Of a stretch of DNA of 64,000 nt, positions 45,562-55,272 are shown one piece after another. The number at the start of each line of letters is the position of its first letter. Positions within the stretch are counted from its first letter, which is position 1. Both the position numbers and the translations under genes were made by a program. The stretch is from a virus: positions 58,060-122,059 of the IMG/VR virus record IMGVR_UViG_3300021425_004462. One strand, 5' to 3'. Below the pieces are notes generated by a model. The model saw only the letters and a program-made list of their open reading frames with translations, was not told the DNA's origin and did no database searches.

Positions 45562-48500
45562 GATGGACGAGTATCTTCAAGTAATCCTCCTGGTCTTTGC
45601 TCTTCAACAATTACCCCTAAAACTTGTAGTTTTATTTTTTCTGTCAACTCTTTCATTCTATCTCTAGAATCCTTACTTTTATCATCTCCGTCTTGAGAAT
45701 TTTCTTGAGATTGTTTTCCAGATTTATCGATATTAAGAGTTATATTAAAATTATTAGTTGCCGAGGATGAATTAACTTTAGATACCCCAGGATCTTCGCT
45801 CCCGACCATGCCTCCGTCATAAAATTTACCTGCATTTATTTTGTCAAGCATAGGTTTACCAATTTGTCTTGCACTACTTGCCTTTATAACATATTCTCCT
45901 TCGCTAAGCATTGCTGGAATTTGGTCGATCCCAGATTTACCAGAAATATGTCCACCAGAGGCGTATTTATTAATTCGTCCTCCGTTATTAAAGACTCCCG
46001 GCGCAATGGGAACACTACCTTCCATACCAGCGCTAACACCTCCTGGAACAAATGTTGCCCCCGGATTAAATAAGCTGTTAACCCCCATACTTAAACCAAT
46101 AGATAAAGCAGTGCCAAGTAATTGATTCCTCAAAGCCTTCTTTTTCATTTTTTTTCTTATAGCCTCCTGCCTTTTCCTCTCTCGTTCTGCGCGCATAGCC
46201 GAAGCAGCATCAGTATCTTCCGCCAGAGCGACGCTTTGGGCTTCTCCGCTATAGAAAAAACCAGACATAGGCATACTTTGATAAGCTCTGCCAGAATCAA
46301 TCCATCGACTTGATCCTTTATTGGCGCGTAGTGCAGAGCCAGGTTCACCTCCTGCGTTTAAACCTTGAATCTCACCTCTTGCATTTAAATTATGCATAAA
46401 ACTTGAGCCGTACTTATTTACAGCTCTTCTATTCATAACATACTCCCCATTTGTTACCATTGCAGGAACGCCTCCACCTGCAGAGTATTTTCTCACGCTT
46501 CCTCCGTTAGACATAAGTCCCATGCTTCCTACAATTGTATTTGCCGCAGAAGTTAAAAATGCATTTTGAATAGCTTGAAGAAAGCCGATTGCAATATTAT
46601 TCAAAACATCACCTAAGTCTTCGCTTCTATTAATGGCCGCATCCATAGCCGAGACTAGTCCATCACGAAAATGAGTTGCGGTTATCGTTCCTAACTGGTA
46701 ATCCAATTTACTAGCGTCATCTAACATCTTATCAGATGCGTCAGTAAAACCGCCAGAAAAAGATGCTTCATGCTTAATTTGTTCTGCAGCTATTCTCTTC
46801 TCTAGAGAAAGCTGTTTTGTTTTTTGATCGATAATGGCATCATTTGTGGCTTTAATTTGCTCACTTCGATCGTGGCTTTTTCTAAGTTCTTCAGTTAATT
46901 TTCTTTGCGCCCCCTCTTTTGTTTCGCCTTTTTTTAATTCTATATCTCCAGATTCTAAACCTTTTTGCCTTTGGGTTAATTCCAATCGCTTTTCAGCCTC
47001 TTTACTTTCTTCTATTAGTTGATTTTTTCTTATTTCAGCTATTTCATAACTTAAATCTAGTTCTTTTTCCCTAAACTTTATGTTATGACGTTCTGATATC
47101 CTTTTGTAGCCTGGACCATCAGAAAGAGTGCGTTGCAATTTTGTGGTTTTTCTAACTTCATTACTGATTTTGTCCCCTAATGCCATCGTCCTAATATAAT
47201 CTTGGTGAGCTTCTTTTTGCTTCTTTATTGCATCAAGTCTACCGGCAACAAGATCATTTATCACTTTTTCCTTACCAGCCCTTTCTCCAGCTAACTCGTT
47301 CTCTTTCTTTGCAAGGTCAACGGAGTTTTCCTTTGCTAAAACCATAACTTCTATTTTCTTCTTAATAGCATCATCAACTTTTACTTGTTCATATAAAGTT
47401 TGGAGTTCTTCAGCACTCATCTCATTTAATCTTTCGGTAAGATTTACTGTTTTAGCAAGAAATTCTAACCTAGACTTATATTCTGTGCTTTGAGGATCTA
47501 CATCGCCATAATCCTTGTCCATTTCTGATTTTAATAAATTTTTCTTTAATTCATTTTGCAACGTGTCATCTTTCATTGATAAAAGCTGATTTCTCAAGTT
47601 GGCAGATGCAGAATCTTCTTTGAGAGCTAGTTGTTCAGAGGCTCTATTTAAAGCTTCTTGGTATTTAATTTCTGATTTTTGCCGTTCTGTCAAAAATTCA
47701 CCCCCAAGAGAAGTTAGAGCTTTTAAATCCATTGCTTGTTTATCATATTTATCTTTTATCTTTAACTGGCTCATCGCCGCCGCTTTTTGAGCTTTTAATT
47801 GAGCTTTTTGGAGATTAAGTTGAAGAATAATTCCTTCATTTTGTTTTGTATTCAAGTCTCTTTGCGCTTCTACCTGCTTAAGTATATCTGCATAAGCTTT
47901 TGCTATTTCTGCAGGGTTTCCTTCGTCGATTTGTTTTTTTAATTCTTCGGGGGAGAAATATTCGAGATCGCCCTTATCAAAGCTTCTCCCTCTTGCGGTT
48001 GAACCTTTTTTAAGGGCTGCAGTTTGAATTTTCATATCTGCAGGCAATTCATCTAATGCAGCCTTAATCGCTTCGGGTCTAGCGGCAGTACCCATTTGAG
48101 CTAAGATTTGATCTTCAATTCTTTTTCTTTGTTCTTCCGAACCTCTTCTTTCTCGTCTTTGCGTCGCACCTCCTCGATTCGAGACCATTTTTCCTGTATA
48201 AACTGCTTTATCAATTTGCTCTCTTGAAACATTTATTCCAGATTCTTTTAATAGATTTGAAATTGCAGATGGAGAACCTGCCCCTCTTCTAAGTATATCT
48301 TGCATATCTAAATTAAGACTGCCTAGCATTTGACTCCTAACATTTTCTCCCATTCTCATACCAAATCCACCACTTTTACTTGGGTCTATAGCGGAGAGCT
48401 TATTGAAATTATCCACATCTATCTTTCGCTTTTTTCCTCCAAAAGAAAATTCTACTAAACCACCTTTTCCAAAATTTGTTTTAGCTAAAGATGGTGCTAA

Positions 48501-51500
48501 CGATTGAGCTAAAGCAGCACCAGTTTGAATGCTTGCTTCTGTTCGTGCTTTCGCGAATTCCTGCTGAGCAACTGAAGCTTCTTTAGCGCTATTTGCCAAT
48601 CCATACAAAGCTCCGCCTACGGCACCTATTGCCGTACCAAGAGGTCCAAACATCATGCCCATTGCAGCGCCTGTACCTGCGCCCATCAAGGCCCCACCAG
48701 CAGCATAACTTCCCCCTTGCATTCTTTGAACTCTTTCTTGCTCGGTTTCTCCTTGTCTTCCTTCTTGTAAAAAGCCAGCAATCATTGGAGCTCCCATCAT
48801 TAAACCCATACCCCCAAACCCAGACAACCCTCTTCCAACCGCACTATTTGAAAAAGCTTGATTAGCGTTAATAGCTTTTTGTGTTAAACCTCCAGCTCTA
48901 GCAGCAATCCCCATTTTTTTAGTAGAATCTGCAGCCATTTTTGATGCATAAGCTTGATCTTGAAGATTTCTCGTTAATTGTTTTTCAACACCTTGCAATC
49001 TTTTAGTTACATCTTTTCCAGATTTCTTTAGTTGGTTAAGTTCTTTTTGTTCTTTAAGTAATTTTTTATTTTCAACATTTAATTCTTTTTGTAATTCGGC
49101 TGCTGACTTATATTCATCTCTTCCTGCACCAAAATCAGATAAAAAGCTTGAGGCGTAATTAGGCACATACCCGTTGGCTCCAAATACATCTTTTAATCCA
49201 TTTGGTTCGTCTCGAGTATTAGTTACTCCAAGACCAATTGGATTACCTTTATTCATTAGAGCGGGATGTGTTCCTACTCTGATTTGGGAAACGGGAACTC
49301 CTGCCTCTCGCTCTCTACCTATTGCATCAGATAATGGGTTTGCGAAATTAGGAATGTAACCTTGCGCAAACAAACCTCTTTTTTGCGTTCTTGGATCAAC
49401 TCCTGGTTTTTTGCCAAAAGCAAATGCTAGTGCAGGATCAGTACTTTTACCTCCAGAGCGAAAAAGCTTTTCTTTGAGTATTTTATCGGCCATGTTCTGA
49501 GCATTACTTGTAGAATCTTGAGCTTTGTAATCAGCCAGATTAGTTTTAGACCAGCTTCCTCCAAATAATAATTTTAGATCCTCTTTTTGCTCTTTAGTAG
49601 GATTCCTTAAATCAAAATCTCCACCTATACCCTGAGCAACACCTTCTATGCCACCAGATTGCCCCTTTACTTGTTTTATTTTTGTACTTATAGCAGCTTC
49701 AAATAATGCTCCCACAACAGAAGTTAGAGCTCCAGCTGCCCCACTAGAGCCATCATTTAATGAATCTTTTATAGATTTTAAGCTAGCCGTCCCCGTCCCA
49801 ATTCTAAAAGAGTCGGCAAGCATTTTACCTTGTCTAACCGCAGTTTTCTCAACAGATTCATAAAGCTGTTCGACTAAATTTTTTTTCTTATTTTCCGCTC
49901 TTGTGGAAGCATTTTGTAAGACGCCATATTTTTTAAATCTTACTTTTGGTAATTTAGCTTTAGGCACTCCATATATAGAGGTTGCTGGTTTCTCTAAAAC
50001 AGTTCTAGAACCAGTTTCGGGAGTTAGCATATGCGCGTAATTAATAGCGTTAAATATTTGTCCCTGAGGATTGACTCCTGCTCCGCCTCGATTAAAATTA
50101 GGAACAAACCCTTTAGCTGCGTATGGATCAAATCCATGTACAGCCCCAAATGCTTGTTGATAATTTTTGCCTGCCTTACTAGACAAAGGAGGCATTATTG
50201 CTGGTTGACTTAATCCCGAGAATGTTTTTACTTTTTCTGCGCTATTATAAATAATAGATCCCTCGCCAGGCATATCCATTGATCTAATACTTCCTGCAGC
50301 ATACCCACCGCGAGCAGCTTGTTCTCTTTCTGGATTTGCAAAATTTGGTATATGACCATAAGCCCTTCCCCTGCGAGGTGTTAGGTTTGCTCCGAAGCCT
50401 TTCGAGTATAATGTAGCTGCACTGCTTTTAGCGACAGAGTCGAGCATTTTTGCTTCAGCCACTTGAGCTCTTAAAAGTCCAAGAATAATTTTTTCTTTTT
50501 CTGTCCTAGAAATGTCCGTGCGCAACATTTCTTTGCTCAACTCAGAGCTTCTTCCAAACAGTCCTACAAGAGATGTTTGAATTGCTTTTTGTTTTTGAGC
50601 TTCGCTAGTTACTCCAATTAATGAAGTTAAACTTTCTTTAGCGAAACTTGCAGCTTTTAAAAATAACTTACCGAATACAGCTGTTATAATAACTAAGCCT
50701 GGACCACTAATTACGTTACCTAAACCTCTCAGGAATCCATTTGCAAATTTATTTCCAGTTCCTTCTCCGTCTCCTAAAATTCCAGATAAACCCTCTGCGC
50801 CGCTTTTGACTATATTTAAAACCTTTTCAATTCCTGGGGCAAGCATTATCTCCCCGATTTGAGCAGAAACTTGTTTAATTGCTAGCCCAGTTTCGGTCGC
50901 CATCGCGGCCATGGTATTTCTTAATTGTTCATTTTTTTCTATAGCTTCGTTTGTTGCTCCTGCAGAAATTTGAGTTGCGTTCGCGAGAATACCATTTTGT
51001 TTCGCGGCATCACCAAGAACAGCTTTCAAAACGTTGATTTGAAAAACTCCACCGACAGTCTGAGCTATTTGAGCTTTTTGAGCTTCAGATAATGAATCGA
51101 AAGTGTTTGCGAGATCAGTTAATATTTTTTTTGCTCCAAGCGTTTTACCTTCGACATCTCTAACAGCAATCCCTAAATTCTCAAGTTGATTTAAAGTATC
51201 AGTTCTTCCAATACGAGTAAAAATTGTTTTAAAGGAGTTACCAATAACTTTACCGCCTCGAGCTGTTTGTTGCTGAGCGGCAGTAACCAAGCCAATTAGC
51301 TCATCAATATCTACTCCAGCCCCTTTAGCTGCCGCACCAGTTCTAGCTATAGCGTCAGCGAAATCTTCTGCGCTAACCGCAAATTTAACATCAACAGCGG
51401 CGAACTTACTTACTAATTCAGTAGTATCTTTAATTTGATTACCATAAGTATTCATTGCAGCGGTTAAAGATTTAACTGCTTCAGCGGAATCCATACCTGT

Positions 51501-51980
51501 CAACCTAGTAAGAATAAGTGCGTCTTTTGTGCGCTTTAAGGATTCTTCTACGCTAAGGCCTTGACGAGCATATTCTGTCGCTGCATCGGCAGCCACTTTG
51601 AATGCAGCCCCAGTTTCTTTAGCTACTTTAAACAATCCATCACTAAATGCATCTAGCTTTTGAGTGCTCAGGCCCATCACGACATTGATATCTGCTAAAG
51701 ATTTCTCAACTTCAACCATATTACGAACCATTCCTTTAAATGCGTCCGCCATACCATTAATTATTGCCATGGAAGCTCCGAAAGCTATAATACGAGCATT
51801 TGCAGCTTCCATCGACTTGCTGAATTCATCAGCAGCCCGTTTCATGTTTCCTAGGGGTTGAGTTGCACCCTTATCATCAACCGTAATTTTAATGGGTTGA
51901 CGCCGAATTCTGTTTACAGCAGACTGAACCGCTGCCTCAAGAGGTTGTGTATTACCGTGTACATCAAGATTTATAGCCAT
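45558..51980 (-). CDS. Tail tape measure protein (TP901-type core) with internal motif-delimited domains
   Basis: Helical Ala-rich N-terminus (AATEYARQG, IGNSFKTIF.R); C-terminal IPAMLSEGEYV motif; position in the tail operon. Confidence 0.9.
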   Translation of the reverse strand: MAINLDVHGNTQPLEAAVQSAVNRIRRQPIKITVDDKGATQPLGNMKRAADEFSKSMEAANARIIAFGASMAIINGMADAFKGMVRNMVEVEKSLADINVVMGLSTQKLDAFSDGLFKVAKETGAAFKVAADAATEYARQGLSVEESLKRTKDALILTRLTGMDSAEAVKSLTAAMNTYGNQIKDTTELVSKFAAVDVKFAVSAEDFADAIARTGAAAKGAGVDIDELIGLVTAAQQQTARGGKVIGNSFKTIFTRIGRTDTLNQLENLGIAVRDVEGKTLGAKKILTDLANTFDSLSEAQKAQIAQTVGGVFQINVLKAVLGDAAKQNGILANATQISAGATNEAIEKNEQLRNTMAAMATETGLAIKQVSAQIGEIMLAPGIEKVLNIVKSGAEGLSGILGDGEGTGNKFANGFLRGLGNVISGPGLVIITAVFGKLFLKAASFAKESLTSLIGVTSEAQKQKAIQTSLVGLFGRSSELSKEMLRTDISRTEKEKIILGLLRAQVAEAKMLDSVAKSSAATLYSKGFGANLTPRRGRAYGHIPNFANPEREQAARGGYAAGSIRSMDMPGEGSIIYNSAEKVKTFSGLSQPAIMPPLSSKAGKNYQQAFGAVHGFDPYAAKGFVPNFNRGGAGVNPQGQIFNAINYAHMLTPETGSRTVLEKPATSIYGVPKAKLPKVRFKKYGVLQNASTRAENKKKNLVEQLYESVEKTAVRQGKMLADSFRIGTGTASLKSIKDSLNDGSSGAAGALTSVVGALFEAAISTKIKQVKGQSGGIEGVAQGIGGDFDLRNPTKEQKEDLKLLFGGSWSKTNLADYKAQDSTSNAQNMADKILKEKLFRSGGKSTDPALAFAFGKKPGVDPRTQKRGLFAQGYIPNFANPLSDAIGREREAGVPVSQIRVGTHPALMNKGNPIGLGVTNTRDEPNGLKDVFGANGYVPNYASSFLSDFGAGRDEYKSAAELQKELNVENKKLLKEQKELNQLKKSGKDVTKRLQGVEKQLTRNLQDQAYASKMAADSTKKMGIAARAGGLTQKAINANQAFSNSAVGRGLSGFGGMGLMMGAPMIAGFLQEGRQGETEQERVQRMQGGSYAAGGALMGAGTGAAMGMMFGPLGTAIGAVGGALYGLANSAKEASVAQQEFAKARTEASIQTGAALAQSLAPSLAKTNFGKGGLVEFSFGGKKRKIDVDNFNKLSAIDPSKSGGFGMRMGENVRSQMLGSLNLDMQDILRRGAGSPSAISNLLKESGINVSREQIDKAVYTGKMVSNRGGATQRRERRGSEEQRKRIEDQILAQMGTAARPEAIKAALDELPADMKIQTAALKKGSTARGRSFDKGDLEYFSPEELKKQIDEGNPAEIAKAYADILKQVEAQRDLNTKQNEGIILQLNLQKAQLKAQKAAAMSQLKIKDKYDKQAMDLKALTSLGGEFLTERQKSEIKYQEALNRASEQLALKEDSASANLRNQLLSMKDDTLQNELKKNLLKSEMDKDYGDVDPQSTEYKSRLEFLAKTVNLTERLNEMSAEELQTLYEQVKVDDAIKKKIEVMVLAKENSVDLAKKENELAGERAGKEKVINDLVAGRLDAIKKQKEAHQDYIRTMALGDKISNEVRKTTKLQRTLSDGPGYKRISERHNIKFREKELDLSYEIAEIRKNQLIEESKEAEKRLELTQRQKGLESGDIELKKGETKEGAQRKLTEELRKSHDRSEQIKATNDAIIDQKTKQLSLEKRIAAEQIKHEASFSGGFTDASDKMLDDASKLDYQLGTITATHFRDGLVSAMDAAINRSEDLGDVLNNIAIGFLQAIQNAFLTSAANTIVGSMGLMSNGGSVRKYSAGGGVPAMVTNGEYVMNRRAVNKYGSSFMHNLNARGEIQGLNAGGEPGSALRANKGSSRWIDSGRAYQSMPMSGFFYSGEAQSVALAEDTDAASAMRAERERKRQEAIRKKMKKKALRNQLLGTALSIGLSMGVNSLFNPGATFVPGGVSAGMEGSVPIAPGVFNNGGRINKYASGGHISGKSGIDQIPAMLSEGEYVIKASSARQIGKPMLDKINAGKFYDGGMVGSEDPGVSKVNSSSATNNFNITLNIDKSGKQSQENSQDGDDKSKDSRDRMKELTEKIKLQVLGVIVEEQRPGGLLEDTRPS

Positions 51981-52009
51981 ATTACCTTATTCCTTAGTTC
52001 AGGTAATTA

Positions 52010-52014
52010 TACAC
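52010..52014 (-). promoter_or_regulatory. GTGTA upstream motif
   Basis: TTTAGTGTATAA, 29 nt before the tape measure ATG; leader contains AAGGAATAAGG. Confidence 0.6.
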
Positions 52015-52020
52015 TAAATA

Positions 52021-53007
52021 TTACTCTACGCCGTGCAATTTCATCAAATCCTGCATATTTAAAGTCCCGCCTTTTTTCTTTGCTTCTTCGTATAAACTTA
52101 CTCCACCCTTAGGCTTCTCAATGCCAAGATACTCATAATCTTCATCTTTAGCACCTACAAGAGTTCCCGCAGCACCTTGCGATAGTTTATCTTTTGCTTT
52201 ATCTCTTTCTTCTTTTGAGCTGCTACCAAACTCTAATAATTTAGCAGGATCTTTTCTTATGCTTTCTGGTATATTTTCATTACTATCAAATATATTTTTA
52301 AATACTCTAGTATAAACAATTAATCTTATTTGATTATATGTTAATGCACAAAATGGCTTTCCATAAAATTGCATACTATCTTCAGCAAAACTTAAATATG
52401 GACTATAAAAATCTTCTAATATTGTATATTGTATATTTTCTTCAGTAAAGCCCTTAAATATTTCATTATAATTAAATATATATTTCTTAATGTCATGATC
52501 TTCCAATTCATCATAAATTTTTTCACTAAATAATACTTCATTTAAATTCTTATCTTTGTAAAAACTTTTAATCATATAAAAATCATTCATACGATCTTTT
52601 GCATATTTTTCACAAGTGTTACCAATAAGAGATTCTTTGTGATTTTGTTTTTCTAATAAAGTTTTTTCCTCTTTGTCTATAAGCTCAGACTGTTTATCGA
52701 TAGAGCTTTTAAGTACCATTTTATTTCGGGCTTTCTTTAAGCTATCAATAAAAATAGTTTTTTCTTCAATAAACTTATCTTCCGCTTTGCTCCACTCTCC
52801 TTCTTTAATTAAGAAGTCAAGCATATCCTTTTCTGTCGGAACTCCACGTTTTTGCGCGATTTTGAAATACTTATTTTCCACCTCTTCAAGCTCTACTTGA
52901 TCGTGAGGTGTTAGGTGCTTAATGTATATAAATTCTTCTTCGATTATAGCCGTAGAGTATCCCCGAACTATATCTCTAAATATTTTTCTGCGCGCTACAG
53001 TTTCCAC
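52021..53007 (-). CDS. Putative tail assembly chaperone
   Basis: Charged helical protein immediately upstream of the tape measure gene (positional inference). Confidence 0.5.
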   Translation of the reverse strand: METVARRKIFRDIVRGYSTAIIEEEFIYIKHLTPHDQVELEEVENKYFKIAQKRGVPTEKDMLDFLIKEGEWSKAEDKFIEEKTIFIDSLKKARNKMVLKSSIDKQSELIDKEEKTLLEKQNHKESLIGNTCEKYAKDRMNDFYMIKSFYKDKNLNEVLFSEKIYDELEDHDIKKYIFNYNEIFKGFTEENIQYTILEDFYSPYLSFAEDSMQFYGKPFCALTYNQIRLIVYTRVFKNIFDSNENIPESIRKDPAKLLEFGSSSKEERDKAKDKLSQGAAGTLVGAKDEDYEYLGIEKPKGGVSLYEEAKKKGGTLNMQDLMKLHGVE

Positions 53008-53012
53008 GCATA

Positions 53013-53834
53013 TTAAATCCTACCTTCTTCGATATCTTCGTCTAGTTTCGCGAAATCAGCTGTTGATACTGCGCCAGAACTATAATACCAGAAGCTAAAT
53101 AATGCAGCAACTTTACCACCAACAATATCGTAAAGTTCATCGCCTTCTTCTTCAAGCTCATAATATCTCTCTAGCTTTTGATCAAAGTCATTTCCCTCGA
53201 ATAGCGGAATAAGATCATCACTATCTTCTTTTTGAGTATAAGTGAGATGAAGAATATACCACTGAATAACTTTATTTTCTGCACGAACATCTGCAGTATG
53301 ATTAAATAAATTAGAATATGAAGTTTCTACATCAACAATATTTTTTCTAAGCTCAGTGATTTCAGCGGAAATATCATCTAATTTTTTTTGATCTTCGTCA
53401 GAGATGCTACTTTTAATTCTGACCCTTTCGCTTTCTTGGGATAACTCGCCATAGCGGATATACATTTTTGTTAAAGCTTTTGCGTCTTCCTCTGGAAGTA
53501 GCCCTCCTGTATCGCTGTACTTTTTTGCTAACATGGCTTTAGTAAGAATTCCTTTTTTGACGCACTTACTCATCTCAACACTAAATTCTAATTCCGCATC
53601 TTCGATTTGTCTACGGGTTGGTTGTTTCATGACAAGTCTATAAGGCACAGGTTCTTCAACTTCTTTCGTCATTGAAACCTCTTCTTCCTCGCCAGTCTCT
53701 TCGTTTTTAATCTTTTTTGTTTCGGTCTGTTTAACCTTTTCTTTCTTTTCAAAAGTAAAACTATAAATTTCACGTAATTTTTTACGAGTATCATTCATAG
53801 TTGGTGTCTTTTCTGGTGTTTCCGTAGTTGCCAT
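53013..53834 (-). CDS. Putative tail assembly chaperone
   Basis: Acidic helical protein two genes upstream of the tape measure gene (positional inference). Confidence 0.5.
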   Translation of the reverse strand: MATTETPEKTPTMNDTRKKLREIYSFTFEKKEKVKQTETKKIKNEETGEEEEVSMTKEVEEPVPYRLVMKQPTRRQIEDAELEFSVEMSKCVKKGILTKAMLAKKYSDTGGLLPEEDAKALTKMYIRYGELSQESERVRIKSSISDEDQKKLDDISAEITELRKNIVDVETSYSNLFNHTADVRAENKVIQWYILHLTYTQKEDSDDLIPLFEGNDFDQKLERYYELEEEGDELYDIVGGKVAALFSFWYYSSGAVSTADFAKLDEDIEEGRI

Positions 53835-53841
53835 AATATTT

Positions 53842-54129
53842 TTATTTAAATGTAAATCCTATAGTATAATTATCTAATTCTGTTTCGATATTTCTAATAG
53901 TTTCGTTGCCAATATCTAAAGTTCTTTTTCTTAAATATTGCAACTTCTCTTCATCGAAGTAATTAGCTTGATTGATAATAGGTTCACAACCTTCAGGCAG
54001 ATTCCGTTTTAATTTTTGAAAATGAATCTGATGCTCATTATGCAAATCCTCAAGCATAACGAGGAAACCCTTAAATAGGGAAACCGTATTCCTTTGACAG
54101 GACTTCTTGAAAATACCTTCTGCGTCCAT
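53842..54129 (-). CDS. Hypothetical protein (start revised to ATG 54129)
   Basis: The ORF-track start overlaps the GTGTA motif; MDAEG is preceded by AAGG. Confidence 0.6.
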   Translation of the reverse strand: MDAEGIFKKSCQRNTVSLFKGFLVMLEDLHNEHQIHFQKLKRNLPEGCEPIINQANYFDEEKLQYLRKRTLDIGNETIRNIETELDNYTIGFTFK

Positions 54130-54152
54130 AAACCTTGTACCTACAAAGGTAA

Positions 54153-54177
54153 TACACAAAAAATATAGTTTAGTGTA
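54153..54177. promoter_or_regulatory. Back-to-back GTGTA motifs (54153-54157 minus, 54173-54177 plus)
   Basis: Each points into one of the divergent genes; the plus copy is 9 nt before ATG 54187. Confidence 0.7.
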
Positions 54178-54186
54178 AAGTTACTT

Positions 54187-54654
54187 ATGGCAGAATTTTT
54201 ATCATCGACTGACAGGGCCGCGATTGCAGCCAATTTACTTGATCTTCATGATACATTTGGAAGAGATATAATTGTTTACAAAGAAGCTCAAAAAGTAATT
54301 ATTAGCACAGACCCAAACTACAACTATTTATATAACACCGGAGGCGCAACTAATCAAAGCGTAGAAAACGTCCCTGTTAAAAAAGTATTTAAAGCAAGAA
54401 TAAGATATGATACAGATCGCAGTTTAGAAAATTTCGGAGAAGCAGACGCACAAATAAAAATTGATAGACCAGATGCAAATAGTTTAGTTAGAATTAAATT
54501 AAAAATCGAAGATTATCAATATATAAAAGAAGCTAAAAGAATTGAATTTGACGGCAGAATGTTCAGGGTAGAATCTGATCCTAGAGCTCACGGACTTTTT
54601 GATGTAGTTCAATTTTATACTTTATACCTCAGACCAATCGAATCAAGTGGCTAG
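54187..54654 (+). CDS. Putative head-closure/head-tail joining protein
   Basis: Size, beta-rich C-terminus (RIEFDGRMFRV...YTLYLRP) and position before neck/tube genes. Confidence 0.5.
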   Translation: MAEFLSSTDRAAIAANLLDLHDTFGRDIIVYKEAQKVIISTDPNYNYLYNTGGATNQSVENVPVKKVFKARIRYDTDRSLENFGEADAQIKIDRPDANSLVRIKLKIEDYQYIKEAKRIEFDGRMFRVESDPRAHGLFDVVQFYTLYLRPIESSG

Positions 54655-55270
54655 AATAAAAGATAGATCTGTTAGAGATAGCGTTCAAAAACAACTTAGA
54701 TCAGATAAAGATTTAAATTTACAAGTTCGTATTTTAATAGATAAACAATTTAAAACGGCGCATCAAAAATTACTTTCAGACTTCAGAGCTCATCCTATTA
54801 CGAGAGAATTAAAGGTTGCTGAAGGAGCTCCTAATTATAGTGGAGGCTTGTCAGAAGGAAATCTTTTTGGCTTTATAGGTTTCGAATCAGGCTATGACCC
54901 TATTGGGCCTATTGAACAATTATTAGTGAAAGCGAATATTTTAATTAAACAAAGAAGAGTAATGAGATCAGGTTTTACTTGGGCTTATGCGGTAAATATA
55001 CCATCAATAAATGATCTTTATAAAGTGACCCCGATGCCATGGGCTCAAGGATCTAGTTGGCTAAGAGAGCTTGAAGGCAGGGGTATACCAAATCTGGGCC
55101 AATACATGTATGTTGACGCCAAGAGCAGTCGTTCTTCCGAAGGCATACAAGGAGGTAATAGGTTAGGTGGTAGACTTAGAATGGCATATATAAAACCTAT
55201 GCTAGAAGAATTTGAAAATAATTTAAATAATATTAGTGGCGCACAAAGAATATCTGCGCGCAATTTTTAA
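54647..55270 (+). CDS. Putative neck/tail completion protein
   Basis: Positional inference; basic protein with GNLFGFIGF and W...E.G motifs. Confidence 0.4.
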   Translation: MARIKDRSVRDSVQKQLRSDKDLNLQVRILIDKQFKTAHQKLLSDFRAHPITRELKVAEGAPNYSGGLSEGNLFGFIGFESGYDPIGPIEQLLVKANILIKQRRVMRSGFTWAYAVNIPSINDLYKVTPMPWAQGSSWLRELEGRGIPNLGQYMYVDAKSSRSSEGIQGGNRLGGRLRMAYIKPMLEEFENNLNNISGAQRISARNF

Positions 55271-55272
55271 AT

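Noticed and set aside
52995-53040. Lambda G/GT-type -1 frameshift between the two putative chaperones
   Set aside because: The frames are in -1 relation, but a TAG closes the -1 frame two codons before the stop and there is no slippery heptamer.
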